Source: an uncultured Collinsella sp.
GTDB lineage: Bacteria; Actinomycetota; Coriobacteriia; Coriobacteriales; Coriobacteriaceae
Assembly (NCBI GenBank): GCA_902470125.1
Contig: CABRFD010000005.1
Span: forward strand, 39,999 to 103,998
Reading direction: 5' to 3'
Length of the DNA: 64,000 nt
Of this stretch, positions 8,938-19,295 are shown one piece after another (position 1 is the first letter of the stretch; each line of letters opens with the position of its first letter). A program made the translations under genes and the position numbers. A model generated the notes under the pieces. The model saw only the letters and a program-made list of their open reading frames with translations. It was not told where the DNA came from and did not search any database.

Positions 8938-10200
8938 CTATAGCACCGTGCCCTCAGGCAGGTCGACACGCACGACATCCACGACGTCGCCCGCCTCGAG
9001 CACGCACGGCCCTTCGTCAATACGCAGCAGGCAGTTGGCCCGCTGCATCGTGCCGAGCAGCGCCGAATTCTGCGTCTTGGCCTCGGTCACCAACAGCTCA
9101 CCGGTCTCGGGGTCGCGCAAAACCGTGGCGCGATCGAAGAAGCGTCGGTCCTGGCGCTTCTTCACGCAGTGCGTCAATATCGCCTGCTGCACGGGACGCA
9201 CACCCTCGGCAAAGCCGCGCATCTTGCGGATCGCCGGACGGGCGAGCATCTCAAAGCCCACATACGCAGCAGCGGGATTGCCCGAAAGCCCGAGGTAGGG
9301 CTTACCCCCGAGCAAGCCAAACGTGATGGCCTTGCCCGGACGCATCGAGATGCGGTCAAACAGCACCTCGCCCTCGCGCCGGACGAGCGCCGTCACGAAA
9401 TCGTAGTCGCCCGCCGAGGCGCCACCGCTCGTAATGACAAAATCGCACTCCTGCACGGCACGATGCACCAGCTCGGCAATCGCCTGCTCATCATCGGGCG
9501 CAATGCCGTAGAACGCAGGCTCGGCGCCGGCATCGAGTGCCTCGGCCATCAGCGCCGAGGAGTTGGAATCGCGAATCTGACCGCGCGCCGGTACCTTACT
9601 CGGTGCGACCAGCTCCGTGCCCAGCGAGATAATGCCCACGCGCGGGGCAGCGTGCACCTTCACGTTCGCGTATCCGGCGCTCGCCAGCAGACCCGCGCCC
9701 GCCGGAGCCACGACCTCGCCGGCGTGCATCACAACATCGCCGGTATGGGCCTCCTCGGCAGCAGAGCGAACGTTCTCCCCCACCTTGGCCGGCGCCGAGA
9801 ACCTCACACGTGAGCCCTCGTTGCCGTCGCCATCGAGCACGTCGACGATCTCGTATTTCACCACGGCATCGGCACCTTCGGGTACCGGCGCGCCCGTCAT
9901 GATGCGGACTGTCTCGCCCGCGCCGATTGCGCCCTCAAACACATGGCCCGCGGCCTCGTGTCCGATAACGTCGAGCGTCACCGACGCCTCGCCAGATGCC
10001 TGCGCCAAGTCCGCCGAGCGCACGGCATATCCGTCCATAGCGCTGTTGGCAAACGGCGAGATGTCGATATCGGCCACCGCGTCCTCGGCCAAGGGAAGAC
10101 CGGCGGCCTGCCACACGGGAATCTCGACGAGATCGGTCGGAGCAACGTGCGACAGGACAATCGACTGTGCGTCATCCAGCGGAATGAGTTTCTCTGCCAT
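8938..10200 (-). CDS. moeA: Molybdopterin molybdotransferase
   Basis: PFANSAMDGYAVR, RIMTGAPVPEGADAVV, GQIRDSN, TSGGASAGDYD, MRPGK, LSGNP. Confidence 0.95.
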   Translation of the reverse strand: MAEKLIPLDDAQSIVLSHVAPTDLVEIPVWQAAGLPLAEDAVADIDISPFANSAMDGYAVRSADLAQASGEASVTLDVIGHEAAGHVFEGAIGAGETVRIMTGAPVPEGADAVVKYEIVDVLDGDGNEGSRVRFSAPAKVGENVRSAAEEAHTGDVVMHAGEVVAPAGAGLLASAGYANVKVHAAPRVGIISLGTELVAPSKVPARGQIRDSNSSALMAEALDAGAEPAFYGIAPDDEQAIAELVHRAVQECDFVITSGGASAGDYDFVTALVRREGEVLFDRISMRPGKAITFGLLGGKPYLGLSGNPAAAYVGFEMLARPAIRKMRGFAEGVRPVQQAILTHCVKKRQDRRFFDRATVLRDPETGELLVTEAKTQNSALLGTMQRANCLLRIDEGPCVLEAGDVVDVVRVDLPEGTVL

Positions 10201-10409
10201 ATGCACCTCTTAATGCCACGGCGCACAACAGGGGCGCCGATTCTTTATGCTTGCCTCAGTATAATCCCCGACGCCCGACCGCGACTCGACCTGCACCCGC
10301 AAATACACCTGTCGGTTGCAGGCAGCGAAACAGAATGGAAACCAACCCACCGGCCCGTCGCGTTTACTGCGTTTTATAATGCTTGCGTTGCAACCTAAAA
10401 GAGGAACGT

Positions 10410-11831
10410 ATGGCTCATAACGACAAACCCGAAAGCGCAAACGAGGCGCAGGATCATTCCCAACCGTTCGACGCCGGCGGCTTTTTCTCCCTTAACGACG
10501 TCATCATGGCAGGCAGGCATCAGCTCACCCGCTCCGAGCATCTCTTGGCTGTCGACACGCGCCGCAACGTCCGCAACCTATTCGCGAGCGCCAAGTTGCT
10601 CATACTCGTCGTCATCGTCTCACTCGCCATGGGCGTTGCCGCTTGGGCGTTTTTGGCCTCGCTGAATATCGCGACCGATTATCGTGAGCACCATGCGTGG
10701 ATTTACGCGCTGCTTCCCGTTGTGGGCGTTGCCACCGCATGGGTGTACAAAAACCACGGTCTTGCCGCCAAACGCGGCAACAACCTGGTCATCGACTCCG
10801 CTCTGGGCACACGCCTCATCCATATGCGCATGGCCGTCCTCACGTTTGTGTGCTCCACGCTCACGCACCTAACGGGCGGATCGGCCGGTCGCGAGGGAGC
10901 TGCGGTGCAGATCGGCGGCACCATCGCCAGCAACATCTCGAGCCTCGCCCACCTCGAAAAGCATGACCACCACGACCTCATGCTCGCCGGCATCTCGTCG
11001 GCCTTTGGCGCCGTATTCGGCTCGCCCCTTGCCGGGGCTTTCTTTGGCATGGAGATGTGCTTTATCGGCAAGATCGACTACACCGCGGGCATCTACTGCC
11101 TGGTCGCCTCGTTTACCGGCTACTTTACATCACTCGCCCTGGGTACCGAATACGAAGCGAATGCCATCGCCAGCGTTCCCAATATGGCACCACGGACGGT
11201 TGTCATCGTAGTCATCAGTGCCATCATCTTCGGTCTGACGGCACGCCTCTTTGCCTGGTCGGTTCGAACCGTCAAGAGCCTGTACGGTCGCTTTATCACC
11301 AATTACCTCGTTCGCGCACTTATAGGCGCACTCGTGGTTTTGGCCGCGTATGCCCTCCTCGACGCCTGGGACTACGCCGGCCTTTCCACGTGGCTTTCCG
11401 GCGCCGGATTTGCCGGCAACACCACCCTGGCGGACGCAGCCATCAAGTTGGTCGTCACAGCGCTTACCCTGGGCGCAGGCTTCCAAGGCGGCGAGGTCAC
11501 GCCCCTGTTTGGCATCGGTGCGGCACTCGGTGGCTGGATCGGATGCCTTACCGGGCTCGACCCCAGTTTTCTGGCGGCTCTTGGCATGCTCGGCGTGTTC
11601 TGCGCCGGCCTCAACGTGCCCATCACCACCTGCATGATGGCCATCGACCTGTTCCACGGCACGGCCGCCGGGTTCTTTGTCATCGTGGCCTTTATCAGCT
11701 ACCTAACCGGCGGACACCGCGGCGTGTACCCCGCCCAGCGCATCATATCACCCAAGCGCCGTTCGCTTATTGTGGATGAGGGCGGTACGGTAGCGGATGC
11801 TATCGAGCGCCACAACGACCTGATAGAGTAG
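10410..11831 (+). CDS. CLC-family anion transporter, fluoride-exporter (CLC-F/EriC-F) type
   Basis: GNNLV, GREGA and GGEVTP signatures; GAGG RBS before ATG 10410. Confidence 0.85.
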   Translation: MAHNDKPESANEAQDHSQPFDAGGFFSLNDVIMAGRHQLTRSEHLLAVDTRRNVRNLFASAKLLILVVIVSLAMGVAAWAFLASLNIATDYREHHAWIYALLPVVGVATAWVYKNHGLAAKRGNNLVIDSALGTRLIHMRMAVLTFVCSTLTHLTGGSAGREGAAVQIGGTIASNISSLAHLEKHDHHDLMLAGISSAFGAVFGSPLAGAFFGMEMCFIGKIDYTAGIYCLVASFTGYFTSLALGTEYEANAIASVPNMAPRTVVIVVISAIIFGLTARLFAWSVRTVKSLYGRFITNYLVRALIGALVVLAAYALLDAWDYAGLSTWLSGAGFAGNTTLADAAIKLVVTALTLGAGFQGGEVTPLFGIGAALGGWIGCLTGLDPSFLAALGMLGVFCAGLNVPITTCMMAIDLFHGTAAGFFVIVAFISYLTGGHRGVYPAQRIISPKRRSLIVDEGGTVADAIERHNDLIE

Positions 11832-11917
11832 ATGTAATAATCGCTGTGCAGCCACAATCGGGGGCAATTCGACCTGAGCGCGACCGCACTGCCATGTCAC
11901 ACGCCGGGAGTCGCCCC

Positions 11918-12880
11918 ATGCACACAACTGATTTTGGTCGCACGCTCATCATCGCCAACCCAGCCGCCAAGTCGGGTGCGGCGCGCGAAGTTGCCGAGCG
12001 CCTGCAACGCTTTTTGGACATGACCGCACGCGCATCCCAGTTTGACCTGGTGCTAACCGAGCGCATGGGACACGCCAAGGAGCTGGCTGCCCAGGCAACG
12101 GGCTATCGCACCGTTATCGCACTCGGCGGCGACGGCGTGATCCACGAGGTCGTCAACGGGCTTATGACGCAAAAGGAGGACGCCCGCCCCGCTCTTGCCG
12201 TCCTGCCCGTGGGCTCCGGCAACGATTTCGCCCAGACGCTCGGCATCGACGATTTCTCCGGCAAGGATTTTGGCACGCTGCTCACCTGCGAGCTGCAGCG
12301 TCAGGACATCGGGCGAATTCGATCGTGGAGCCCCGCGAGCGGCAGCGGCGAGGCTGCCGTTGAGTACTACGACCAGACGCTTTCTATCGGCATCGATGCC
12401 GCCATCGGCCTGGGCACCACCGAGCTGCGCAAAAAGACGGGTCTCACCGGCGCGCCGCTCTACACTCTTTCGGGACTAGAGCAGTTTGGCCTACGCTATC
12501 GCAACTACCCCATGACAGTCAGCTTTGACGGAGCGCCCGCCGAGCGCGTGAGGGCGATCATCATGGCGATTCAGCTGGGTCCTACCTATGGCTCGGGCTA
12601 TCGCATCTGCCCCGATGCCGACCCCTGCGACGGCATGCTCGACGTCTGCTACGCCTGCGGCCCCATTCCGCGCGCGATCGCGCTTCCCATGTTCCTTTCG
12701 GCCAAAGATGGCCACCACACCAAGCTGCCACCGGTTCGCATGCGCCGCTGTCGCCATGCCGAGCTTACCTTTGAGGAGCCCGGCTACCCCATCCAGGCCG
12801 ACGGCGAGCCCATCGTCGCCTCGCGCCTCGAGGTCGACGTCCTCGGCGGAGCCCTTCACGTCTGGCACCCCACCCGCTAA
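11918..12880 (+). CDS. Diacylglycerol/lipid kinase family (YegS/DgkB-like)
   Basis: NPAA, GGDGVIHEVVNGL, PVGSGNDFA, YGSG, DGMLD, QADGE. Confidence 0.92.
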   Translation: MHTTDFGRTLIIANPAAKSGAAREVAERLQRFLDMTARASQFDLVLTERMGHAKELAAQATGYRTVIALGGDGVIHEVVNGLMTQKEDARPALAVLPVGSGNDFAQTLGIDDFSGKDFGTLLTCELQRQDIGRIRSWSPASGSGEAAVEYYDQTLSIGIDAAIGLGTTELRKKTGLTGAPLYTLSGLEQFGLRYRNYPMTVSFDGAPAERVRAIIMAIQLGPTYGSGYRICPDADPCDGMLDVCYACGPIPRAIALPMFLSAKDGHHTKLPPVRMRRCRHAELTFEEPGYPIQADGEPIVASRLEVDVLGGALHVWHPTR

Positions 12881-12888
12881 CCCCACCT

Positions 12889-12957
12889 AAGTTGCGGTGA
12901 AATAGGGACTGTTTATGCAGCTAAAGCCGTAAAACAGTCTCTATTTCACCGCAACTT
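12889..12957. repeat. 69-bp inverted-repeat element (REP/MITE-like), copy 1
   Basis: AAGTTGCGGTGAAATAG...CTATTTCACCGCAACTT; second copy at 33711-33779. Confidence 0.85.
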
Positions 12958-12966
12958 ATGAGGAGG

Positions 12967-13347
12967 CTATTCGTCGCTGCCCGGTTTGCGACGGTTGGCC
13001 TTTTTAATGGCGTTGAAGCGCTTGTCGTTGAGCCTGCGCTGGCGCGATCGCTGTGGCACTTTGGTCTTGACGCGACGGCGCGGCGGACGGCCACGACGCT
13101 CAAGCTCTGCCCTCAGCTTACGCAAACAGCTCGCACGATTCTGAAACTGACTACGGCTCTCGCGCGCCGTCACGACAATCCCCGTGGGCCCATGTTTCAT
13201 GCGCACCGCAGAGTCCGTCGTGTTCACGCCCTGCCCGCCCGGACCCGTCGCGCGAAACACCTGTACCTCGCAATCGCGCGCCAGCTCCTCGACCGACATC
13301 TCGGCAAAGCGCGCATACTCGCGCCAGCCCATCTTGTTCTCATCCAT
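12967..13347 (-). CDS. Peptidyl-tRNA hydrolase / release-factor-like ribosome rescue protein (ArfB-like)
   Basis: [18 protein letters not shown] motif, RSQFQNR, basic C-terminal tail; GGAGG RBS. Confidence 0.88.
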   Translation of the reverse strand: MDENKMGWREYARFAEMSVEELARDCEVQVFRATGPGGQGVNTTDSAVRMKHGPTGIVVTARESRSQFQNRASCLRKLRAELERRGRPPRRRVKTKVPQRSRQRRLNDKRFNAIKKANRRKPGSDE

Positions 13348-13371
13348 ATCAGCACCTCCCCCATACAAAAA

Positions 13372-13402
13372 ATGTGACAAAGGGACAGTCCCTTTGTCAC
13401 AT
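13372..13402. repeat. 31-bp palindrome with GGGACAG core (REP-like)
   Basis: ATGTGACAAAGGGAC-A-GTCCCTTTGTCACAT, perfect 15-bp arms. Confidence 0.8.
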
Positions 13403-13429
13403 CGCATACCAATCGCTTGTGTTGCGCGC

Positions 13430-14008
13430 CTAGGCGAAGGTGATCTCGCCGTTCTCGCAGTCCATTTCGGCGATACGGGCCAGGCTCTCAACGCGGAAGC
13501 CGCGCTGGCGGAGCTTATCGCCACCGCCCTGGAAGCCCTTCTCAACGGCGATGCCAATGCCGGCAACCTCGGCGCCTGCGGCCTCGCAGATCTTGATAAG
13601 GCCCTCGAGCGCGCAGCCGTTGGCCAGGAAGTCGTCGATAATCAGGACCTTGTCGCCCTCGGACAGGAAGCGCTTGCCAACGATGACCGGATACTCCTTC
13701 TGCTTGGTAAAGGAGTAGATGGTCGTGGCATACTGCTCGCCGTCGAGGTTGATGGACTGTGCCTTCTTGGCAAAGACCACCGGCACGCCGCCAAAGTGCT
13801 GAGCTGCAATGCAAGCCATGCCAATGCCCGAAGCCTCGATCGTCAGGATCTTGTTGATCTCGACACCCTCGAACAGACGGGCCCACTCGGCGCCCATGTG
13901 GTCGAACAGCTCAACGTCGCATTGGTGGTTGAGGAAGGCATCAACCTTAAGGACATTACCGGCCTTTACGATGCCGTCATGGCGAATACGATCCTCAAGC
14001 TCCTGCAT
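13430..14008 (-). CDS. xpt: Xanthine phosphoribosyltransferase
   Basis: [37 protein letters not shown] loop, EKGFQGG. Confidence 0.96.
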   Translation of the reverse strand: MQELEDRIRHDGIVKAGNVLKVDAFLNHQCDVELFDHMGAEWARLFEGVEINKILTIEASGIGMACIAAQHFGGVPVVFAKKAQSINLDGEQYATTIYSFTKQKEYPVIVGKRFLSEGDKVLIIDDFLANGCALEGLIKICEAAGAEVAGIGIAVEKGFQGGGDKLRQRGFRVESLARIAEMDCENGEITFA

Positions 14009-14167
14009 GGCGCAACCCCTTCTCGCGGCAACGATACCGCGCGATTAATAAACGTTGTTCGATAGTCTACCACGGACCGACCCCCGCCCGCCCCACAAGC
14101 CACATCGCACCACAAAGCCGCAAGACCAGTAGATAGGCCCGACTCATGGCAAGCCTGCCCCCACAAG

Positions 14168-15478
14168 CTAATGGCGGACGCGTATCTTCACCAAACGCAC
14201 CATGGCGAGCGCAAAGCCCACAGCGGCCACAGCCATGAGCACGTAGAACACCGAACGAAAACCAAACAAGAACACATCCGGACGGCCTGCAACAAAACTG
14301 GTCACGGCCTCGCCCATCGCCACGCTCATCTGCCCATACAGAATATTCGACGCCACCGTAATGCCAAGTGCCATGCCGGCATAGCGCGCCAAACTGCCCA
14401 AGCTGCCTGCAAAACCGAGTGCCTCGCGCGGAGCCGAACCCATATACAGCGAGTTATTGGGGCTCTGGAAAATCGACGTGCCACACGACATAAACGCGAC
14501 GCAACACACGATCACAGGGATAGCAGAGTGCTCGTTGAGCGTGCTTACCGCAAAGAGACCGCACACATATACGCCCAGGCCGACCGCCGTGGGGCTCTCG
14601 CAGCCGACACGGTCCGAAACCGTTCCCGAAAGCGGGCCGATAAAGGCATTCACCATTGGCAGCGCCAAAAACAGCAGGCCCGAAACGTCAGACCCAAACC
14701 CATGCGCATCCTGAAAATAGAACGGCAGAATAAACTCGGATGCGCCAATGCCAATGAACACGATGAGCATGCAGGCAAGGTTGATGGTGAAGGCCGAATT
14801 TGCAAAGCAGCGACGAGCGGCCTCGGCAAGGGGCATGGGACGTTCGCCGGCCTCTGGCCTAACATGCGGCAGCGTGTAGAGGCCCACGATAAACGAGATC
14901 ACGCCAATGGGCAGGTTGATGAGGAAGATGCTCTCCCAGGGAAAGCTTGCCACCAGCATGCCGCCGAGCACGGGGCCACACATCATGCCGAGGGCCACGA
15001 AGGTCGCGAGAATACCCATGGCACGGCCTCGTTCGCGCGCCGGAAACGACTCGGTGATGATACCCATGTTGTTAGCCATGGCCGCCGCGCAACCGACGCC
15101 CTGAACAATGCGTGCCAGGATAAGAACCTCAAGCGAGGCCGAAAGGCCGCACAGCAGCGAGCCGACCGAAAAAACGATGACGCCCAGCTGGAACACATTC
15201 ACCTTGCCGCGCACGTCGCCCAGACGGCCAAAGGGCAACATAGCCACGCAAGTCGCAAGCAGATACACCGAGCTTACCAGCTGAATGCGATCGAGGCCCA
15301 CGCCCAGCTCCTTTTGCATCACGGGCAGCGCCACGGTCACGACGGTCGAATCCAGACACACCATAAACGTCATGATGAGCACGGTAAACAGAATCGCCCA
15401 CTTGTTCTTGCCATGGGTGTCGCCCTCTAGGGCAATGTGCTCGCGGCGCAGCTGCTCTGCAGTTTTCTCCATATCCAT
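14168..15478 (-). CDS. MFS drug/H+ antiporter-like transporter
   Basis: LDSTVVTVALP, GRLGDVRG, ARIVQGVG, ERGRAMG, GPVLGG, WESIFLINLPIG. Confidence 0.9.
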   Translation of the reverse strand: MDMEKTAEQLRREHIALEGDTHGKNKWAILFTVLIMTFMVCLDSTVVTVALPVMQKELGVGLDRIQLVSSVYLLATCVAMLPFGRLGDVRGKVNVFQLGVIVFSVGSLLCGLSASLEVLILARIVQGVGCAAAMANNMGIITESFPARERGRAMGILATFVALGMMCGPVLGGMLVASFPWESIFLINLPIGVISFIVGLYTLPHVRPEAGERPMPLAEAARRCFANSAFTINLACMLIVFIGIGASEFILPFYFQDAHGFGSDVSGLLFLALPMVNAFIGPLSGTVSDRVGCESPTAVGLGVYVCGLFAVSTLNEHSAIPVIVCCVAFMSCGTSIFQSPNNSLYMGSAPREALGFAGSLGSLARYAGMALGITVASNILYGQMSVAMGEAVTSFVAGRPDVFLFGFRSVFYVLMAVAAVGFALAMVRLVKIRVRH

Positions 15479-15610
15479 CCTTTCGAGTGGCCCAACGCAA
15501 AAAACGGGGCCCCAATCGCCTGAAAACCGCGATTGAGGTCCCGCCTACGGAATCGGAACGAAAGGTCACCGAAGCTTTCTGCCAGCATCGGCACCTTGTA
15601 CGGAGCTAGC

Positions 15611-16894
15611 CTAGCACTGCTCGAGCGCCTGCTCAAGGTCGGCAATCAGATCGGCCGTGTCCTCGAGGCCGCACGACAGGCGCACCATGTCGGCGGAGAT
15701 GCCACAGGCGATGAGCTCCTCATCGTTCATCTGTCGATGCGTGGCGTTAGCGGGATGCAGGCAGCAAGTGCGGGCGTCGGCCACGTGCGTGGCGATCTGG
15801 GCGAGCTTGAGGCTCTTCATAAAGGTCTCGGCCGCCGCGCGACCACCGTTAAAGCCAAAGCTCACAACGCCGCAGGTACCGTTGGGCATGTACTTCTGAG
15901 CGATGTCATAGTACTTATCGCCCTCCAGGCCCGGATAGCTCACGAAGCGCACCTTGGGATGACTCTGCAGGAACTTGGCAACGGCCAGGCCGTTCTCACA
16001 ATGACGCGGCATGCGCACATGCAGGCTCTCGAGCGAGCTGTTCAGGAAGAAGGCCGCCTGAGGGTTCTGCATGGGGCCGAGGTCACGCATGAGCTGAGCG
16101 GTTGCCTTGGTAATGAAGGCGCCCTCGCGACCGAACTTCTCGGCATAAGTCACGCCGTGGTAGCTCTCATCGGGCGTGGTAAGACCCGGGAACTTGTCCG
16201 CATGGGCCATCCAGTCAAACTGGCCGTGGTCGACGATCACGCCGCCCAGGTAGGCAGCATGTCCATCCATGTACTTGGTGGTGGAGTGCGTAACGATATC
16301 GGCGCCCCACTCAAAGGGACGGCACATCACGGGTGTCGGGAAGGTGTTGTCGACCATCAGCGGCACGCCGTGGTCATGTGCGGCCTTGGCAAAACGCTCA
16401 ATATCGAGCACGGCAAGGGCGGGGTTGGCAATCGTCTCGCCAAAGACAAGCTTGGTGTTGGGCTGGAAGGCTGCCTCGAGCTCCTCATCGGTGCAGTCGG
16501 GGGCAACGAACGTGCAGGTCAAGCCCATGCGACCCATGGTGTGAGCCAGCAGATTGTAGGTACCGCCGTAGATGGCAGAGCTTGCGACCACATGATCGCC
16601 GGCACCCGCCACGTTAAAGATCGCGAGGAAGTTCGCAGCCATGCCCGAGCTCGTGAGCATCGCAGCGGTGCCGCCCTCCATCTCGCAGATCTTGGCGGCA
16701 ACCAGATCGCACGTGGGGTTCTGCAGACGGCTGTAGAAGTAGCCCGACTCCTCTAGGTCAAACAGCTTGCCCATGTGCTCGGACGTGTCGTACTTCCACG
16801 TGGTGGACTGGTAGATGGGCACCTGGCGCGGCTCGGCATCTCCCGGGTGATAGCCGCCCTGAACACATGTGGTACCGATAGTCTGCTCGCTCAT
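15611..16894 (-). CDS. metY: O-acetylhomoserine aminocarboxypropyltransferase / sulfhydrylase (PLP)
   Basis: PIYQSTT, YSRLQNPT, SSGMAA, DNTF, HSTTKYMDGH (PLP Lys), HPANATHRQ. Confidence 0.92.
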   Translation of the reverse strand: MSEQTIGTTCVQGGYHPGDAEPRQVPIYQSTTWKYDTSEHMGKLFDLEESGYFYSRLQNPTCDLVAAKICEMEGGTAAMLTSSGMAANFLAIFNVAGAGDHVVASSAIYGGTYNLLAHTMGRMGLTCTFVAPDCTDEELEAAFQPNTKLVFGETIANPALAVLDIERFAKAAHDHGVPLMVDNTFPTPVMCRPFEWGADIVTHSTTKYMDGHAAYLGGVIVDHGQFDWMAHADKFPGLTTPDESYHGVTYAEKFGREGAFITKATAQLMRDLGPMQNPQAAFFLNSSLESLHVRMPRHCENGLAVAKFLQSHPKVRFVSYPGLEGDKYYDIAQKYMPNGTCGVVSFGFNGGRAAAETFMKSLKLAQIATHVADARTCCLHPANATHRQMNDEELIACGISADMVRLSCGLEDTADLIADLEQALEQC

Positions 16895-17124
16895 AACTAG
16901 CTCCCTTGCCTGGGTTACGTTTTATTCGGTTCACGATACCGCTACCCCGCACCCCTCTCAACCCATCCCCAAAGTAGGTTATGGAGCAAATTGATCAGGG
17001 GTATTTATCTCAAGCCTTGGGCATTTGCTCGATAGATAAAAATGAGGCATACATGAAGCTCTCGATGATTACATGCACTGTCACGGGTACCATAGGCGAG
17101 TACACCGTGACCAAGGAGACAACG

Positions 17125-17571
17125 ATGAAGCAAATCGATACGGCTCAGCTCGACATCACCGCCTGTCAGGCTCAGGCTGCCGAATACCACGCCCGTGGCT
17201 TTAACTGCGCCCAGGCCGTCGCCTGCACGCTCGCGCCCGCCGTCGGGCTCGACCCCCAGGTCGCCTTTACCCTCACCGAGGGCTTTGGCGCCGGCATGGG
17301 CGGCATGACCGAAACCTGCGGCGCCATCTCGGGTGCCGTGGCCATCATGGGCTTTGTAATGAGCGACGGCATGGAAAACCCCAAGACCAAGGGCCAGACC
17401 TACAAGCTGTCGCGCGAAATCGCCAAGCGTTTTGGCGAGAAGAACACGACGACCGTCTGCGGCACGCTCAAGGGCATCGGATCGGACAAGGGTCCGCTCC
17501 GCAGCTGCCCCGGCTGCATCGACGATGCCGTCGAGATTGCCTGCGATGTGCTAAAGCAGCTCGCCGAGTAA
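17125..17571 (+). CDS. C-GCAxxG-C-C family putative redox protein
   Basis: FNCAQAV, GFGAGMG, TCGAISG, VCGTL, C-terminal Cys pair; AAGGAG RBS. Confidence 0.88.
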   Translation: MKQIDTAQLDITACQAQAAEYHARGFNCAQAVACTLAPAVGLDPQVAFTLTEGFGAGMGGMTETCGAISGAVAIMGFVMSDGMENPKTKGQTYKLSREIAKRFGEKNTTTVCGTLKGIGSDKGPLRSCPGCIDDAVEIACDVLKQLAE

Positions 17572-17638
17572 ACGGCTGCAACAGAAATCGACGGCCGACG
17601 CGCTTGGGATTCATCCAAAAGCACGCCGGCCGTCGCCG

Positions 17639-18277
17639 TTAGAACTCCGCAAACTCGGGAACGCCAACCTCAATCTCCTCGCGCCCCGCCATAAGCTCGC
17701 GCATCTTAGCGCAAAACGGCTTCTGCTCCCCCGCCTTGAACACCAAATGAAGTGTCACGGCATCCGCGTAATCGGTATCCGAAACCTTGGCACCCGAATC
17801 CTGCGCCAAGCGAAGCACCTGCTCATACTGCGGATACGCCACATGCACATCAACCGGCACGACACTCGTCATCTCGACGATCTGCCCAGCCTCCTGAGCA
17901 GCTGCCACCGCCGCCTGCGTCGCCGCGGTATAGGCTCGCACCAAACCACCGGGCCCCAACAGCGTGCCACCAAAATAGCGCGTCACCACGCAGCAAACAT
18001 TTTTGAGCCCTGCACCGCGCAGCACCTCGAGTGTCGGCATGCCGCTCGTGCGGCTCGGCTCACCGTCATCGCTCTGGCGCTCACGTCCATCGACCAAAAT
18101 CCACGCGGGAACATTGTGTCGAGCGTCGTAATGACGTTTGCGAACGGTCTCGATAAAGGCATTAGCCTCATCTTCGGACTCAATATGGACCAGCTGGGCA
18201 ATAAACCGGCTCTTGCGGTCAACGAACTCGCCCGTAGCCTCAATATTCGATTGCAAAGTAAAATAGCTGTCCAACAA
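17639..18277 (-). CDS. yigZ: YigZ/IMPACT family protein
   Basis: KSRFIA, ARHN, SDDGEP, VVTRYFGGTLLGPGGLVRAY. Confidence 0.93.
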   Translation of the reverse strand: MLDSYFTLQSNIEATGEFVDRKSRFIAQLVHIESEDEANAFIETVRKRHYDARHNVPAWILVDGRERQSDDGEPSRTSGMPTLEVLRGAGLKNVCCVVTRYFGGTLLGPGGLVRAYTAATQAAVAAAQEAGQIVEMTSVVPVDVHVAYPQYEQVLRLAQDSGAKVSDTDYADAVTLHLVFKAGEQKPFCAKMRELMAGREEIEVGVPEFAEF

Positions 18278-18388
18278 AGTCCCTCAACAACAAGCAAAGC
18301 AACAAACAGCCTCAATAATACGGCAAAGCCCGTACCGATAGCCCCGGTAAATAAAACGGCGACGCCAATGACCAGGCAAAAACAGCGA

Positions 18389-18593
18389 GACGACGTCAGC
18401 TGAGTCGATTTGGCCCGAAAGAGGAGGGAGCACGCCTTATGGCGGCGACCGACGAATGAGCGCCAAATCGGCCAGCTGACGCCGTCGAAGGCGAGAACCC
18501 GTCAGCGCGAGCAAGGTGCCTTGAAAGACGAGGGCATTGACCTTATGGTCATGCCCGAAGGCTTGAAGGGCAGATTGCCGCGCTGACGGGTTC
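18389..18593. repeat. Two tandem long imperfect hairpins (about 98 nt each) with CC-TTAT-GG apical loops
   Basis: Arms 18389-18402/18473-18486 and 18495-18509/18579-18593. Confidence 0.75.
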
Positions 18594-18610
18594 GCAGCGT
18601 CAACTTAGTT

Positions 18611-18972
18611 GCTGAGTGGGCCTGTAAGCCGGGTTCTGTCGTGAACGGTCATTTATCTTGTCTGCACGTTACCATGCAGCTCCACGCACGCTACCCGAAC
18701 GCGGACCGGGCCGGCCCATAGCGTTCCTATTCGCGCTTGCTCCGGATGGGGCTTGCCAAGCCGCCGTGTTACCACGACGCTGGTGGTCTCTTACACCACC
18801 GTTTCAGCTTTTCCCTTTACGCCTTGCGGCGCAGGTGGGAGTCTTCTTTTCTGCGGCGCTTTCCGTCGGATCACTCCGCCCGGCCGTTAACCGGCATCCC
18901 GCCCTCTGGAGCCCGGACTTTCCTCACGCGTACTGCAAGCAGCACATCGCGCGACCGTCTGGCCCACTCAGC
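18611..18972 (-). ncRNA. rnpB: RNase P RNA (type A)
   Basis: Minus strand GAGGAAAGTCCGGGC and ACAGAACCCGGCTTA universal segments; terminal P1 helix GCTGAGTGGGCC/GGCCCACTCAGC. Confidence 0.98.
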
Positions 18973-19236
18973 AGTGCAAAAGTGTAACACACCGTTGCCG
19001 CAGGCAATGGCACAACGCAAACGCTCGACACGATAAACCAAGAACCGCCATGCGCTACAATGGTCCTGTCGATGGGCAACGTCGTCAGTCGAGACGCGAC
19101 CGCGCTCCGCACCCCTCCGTCTACTCGGTGTGTTCCCGCCTCCTCCCCGAGGCGGGATGTCGGCATTTTTCATGCACTGACAACCCAATAGCCTGTGGAC
19201 AGCCCGGGCAGCATCGCGCATCTCAGCAGCAAATGC

Positions 19237-19271
19237 AAAAAAGGGACCCGTCCATTGCGGACGGATCCCTT
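19237..19271 (-). terminator. Intrinsic terminator of rpsA
   Basis: GC-rich stem (GGGATCCGTCC...GGACGGGTCCC) followed by a U-tract on the minus strand. Confidence 0.8.
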
Positions 19272-19295
19272 AAAACAAGTGATCGTCAAACCGAT

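Noticed and set aside
14009..14167. Purine riboswitch expected upstream of xpt
   Set aside because: No ATAAT...ATATGG...GTTTCTACC core present
16895..17124. SAM riboswitch or Met/Cys leader peptide upstream of metY
   Set aside because: No recognisable aptamer and no Met/Cys-rich uORF with an RBS; only a GAGCAAAT/ATTTGCTC inverted pair
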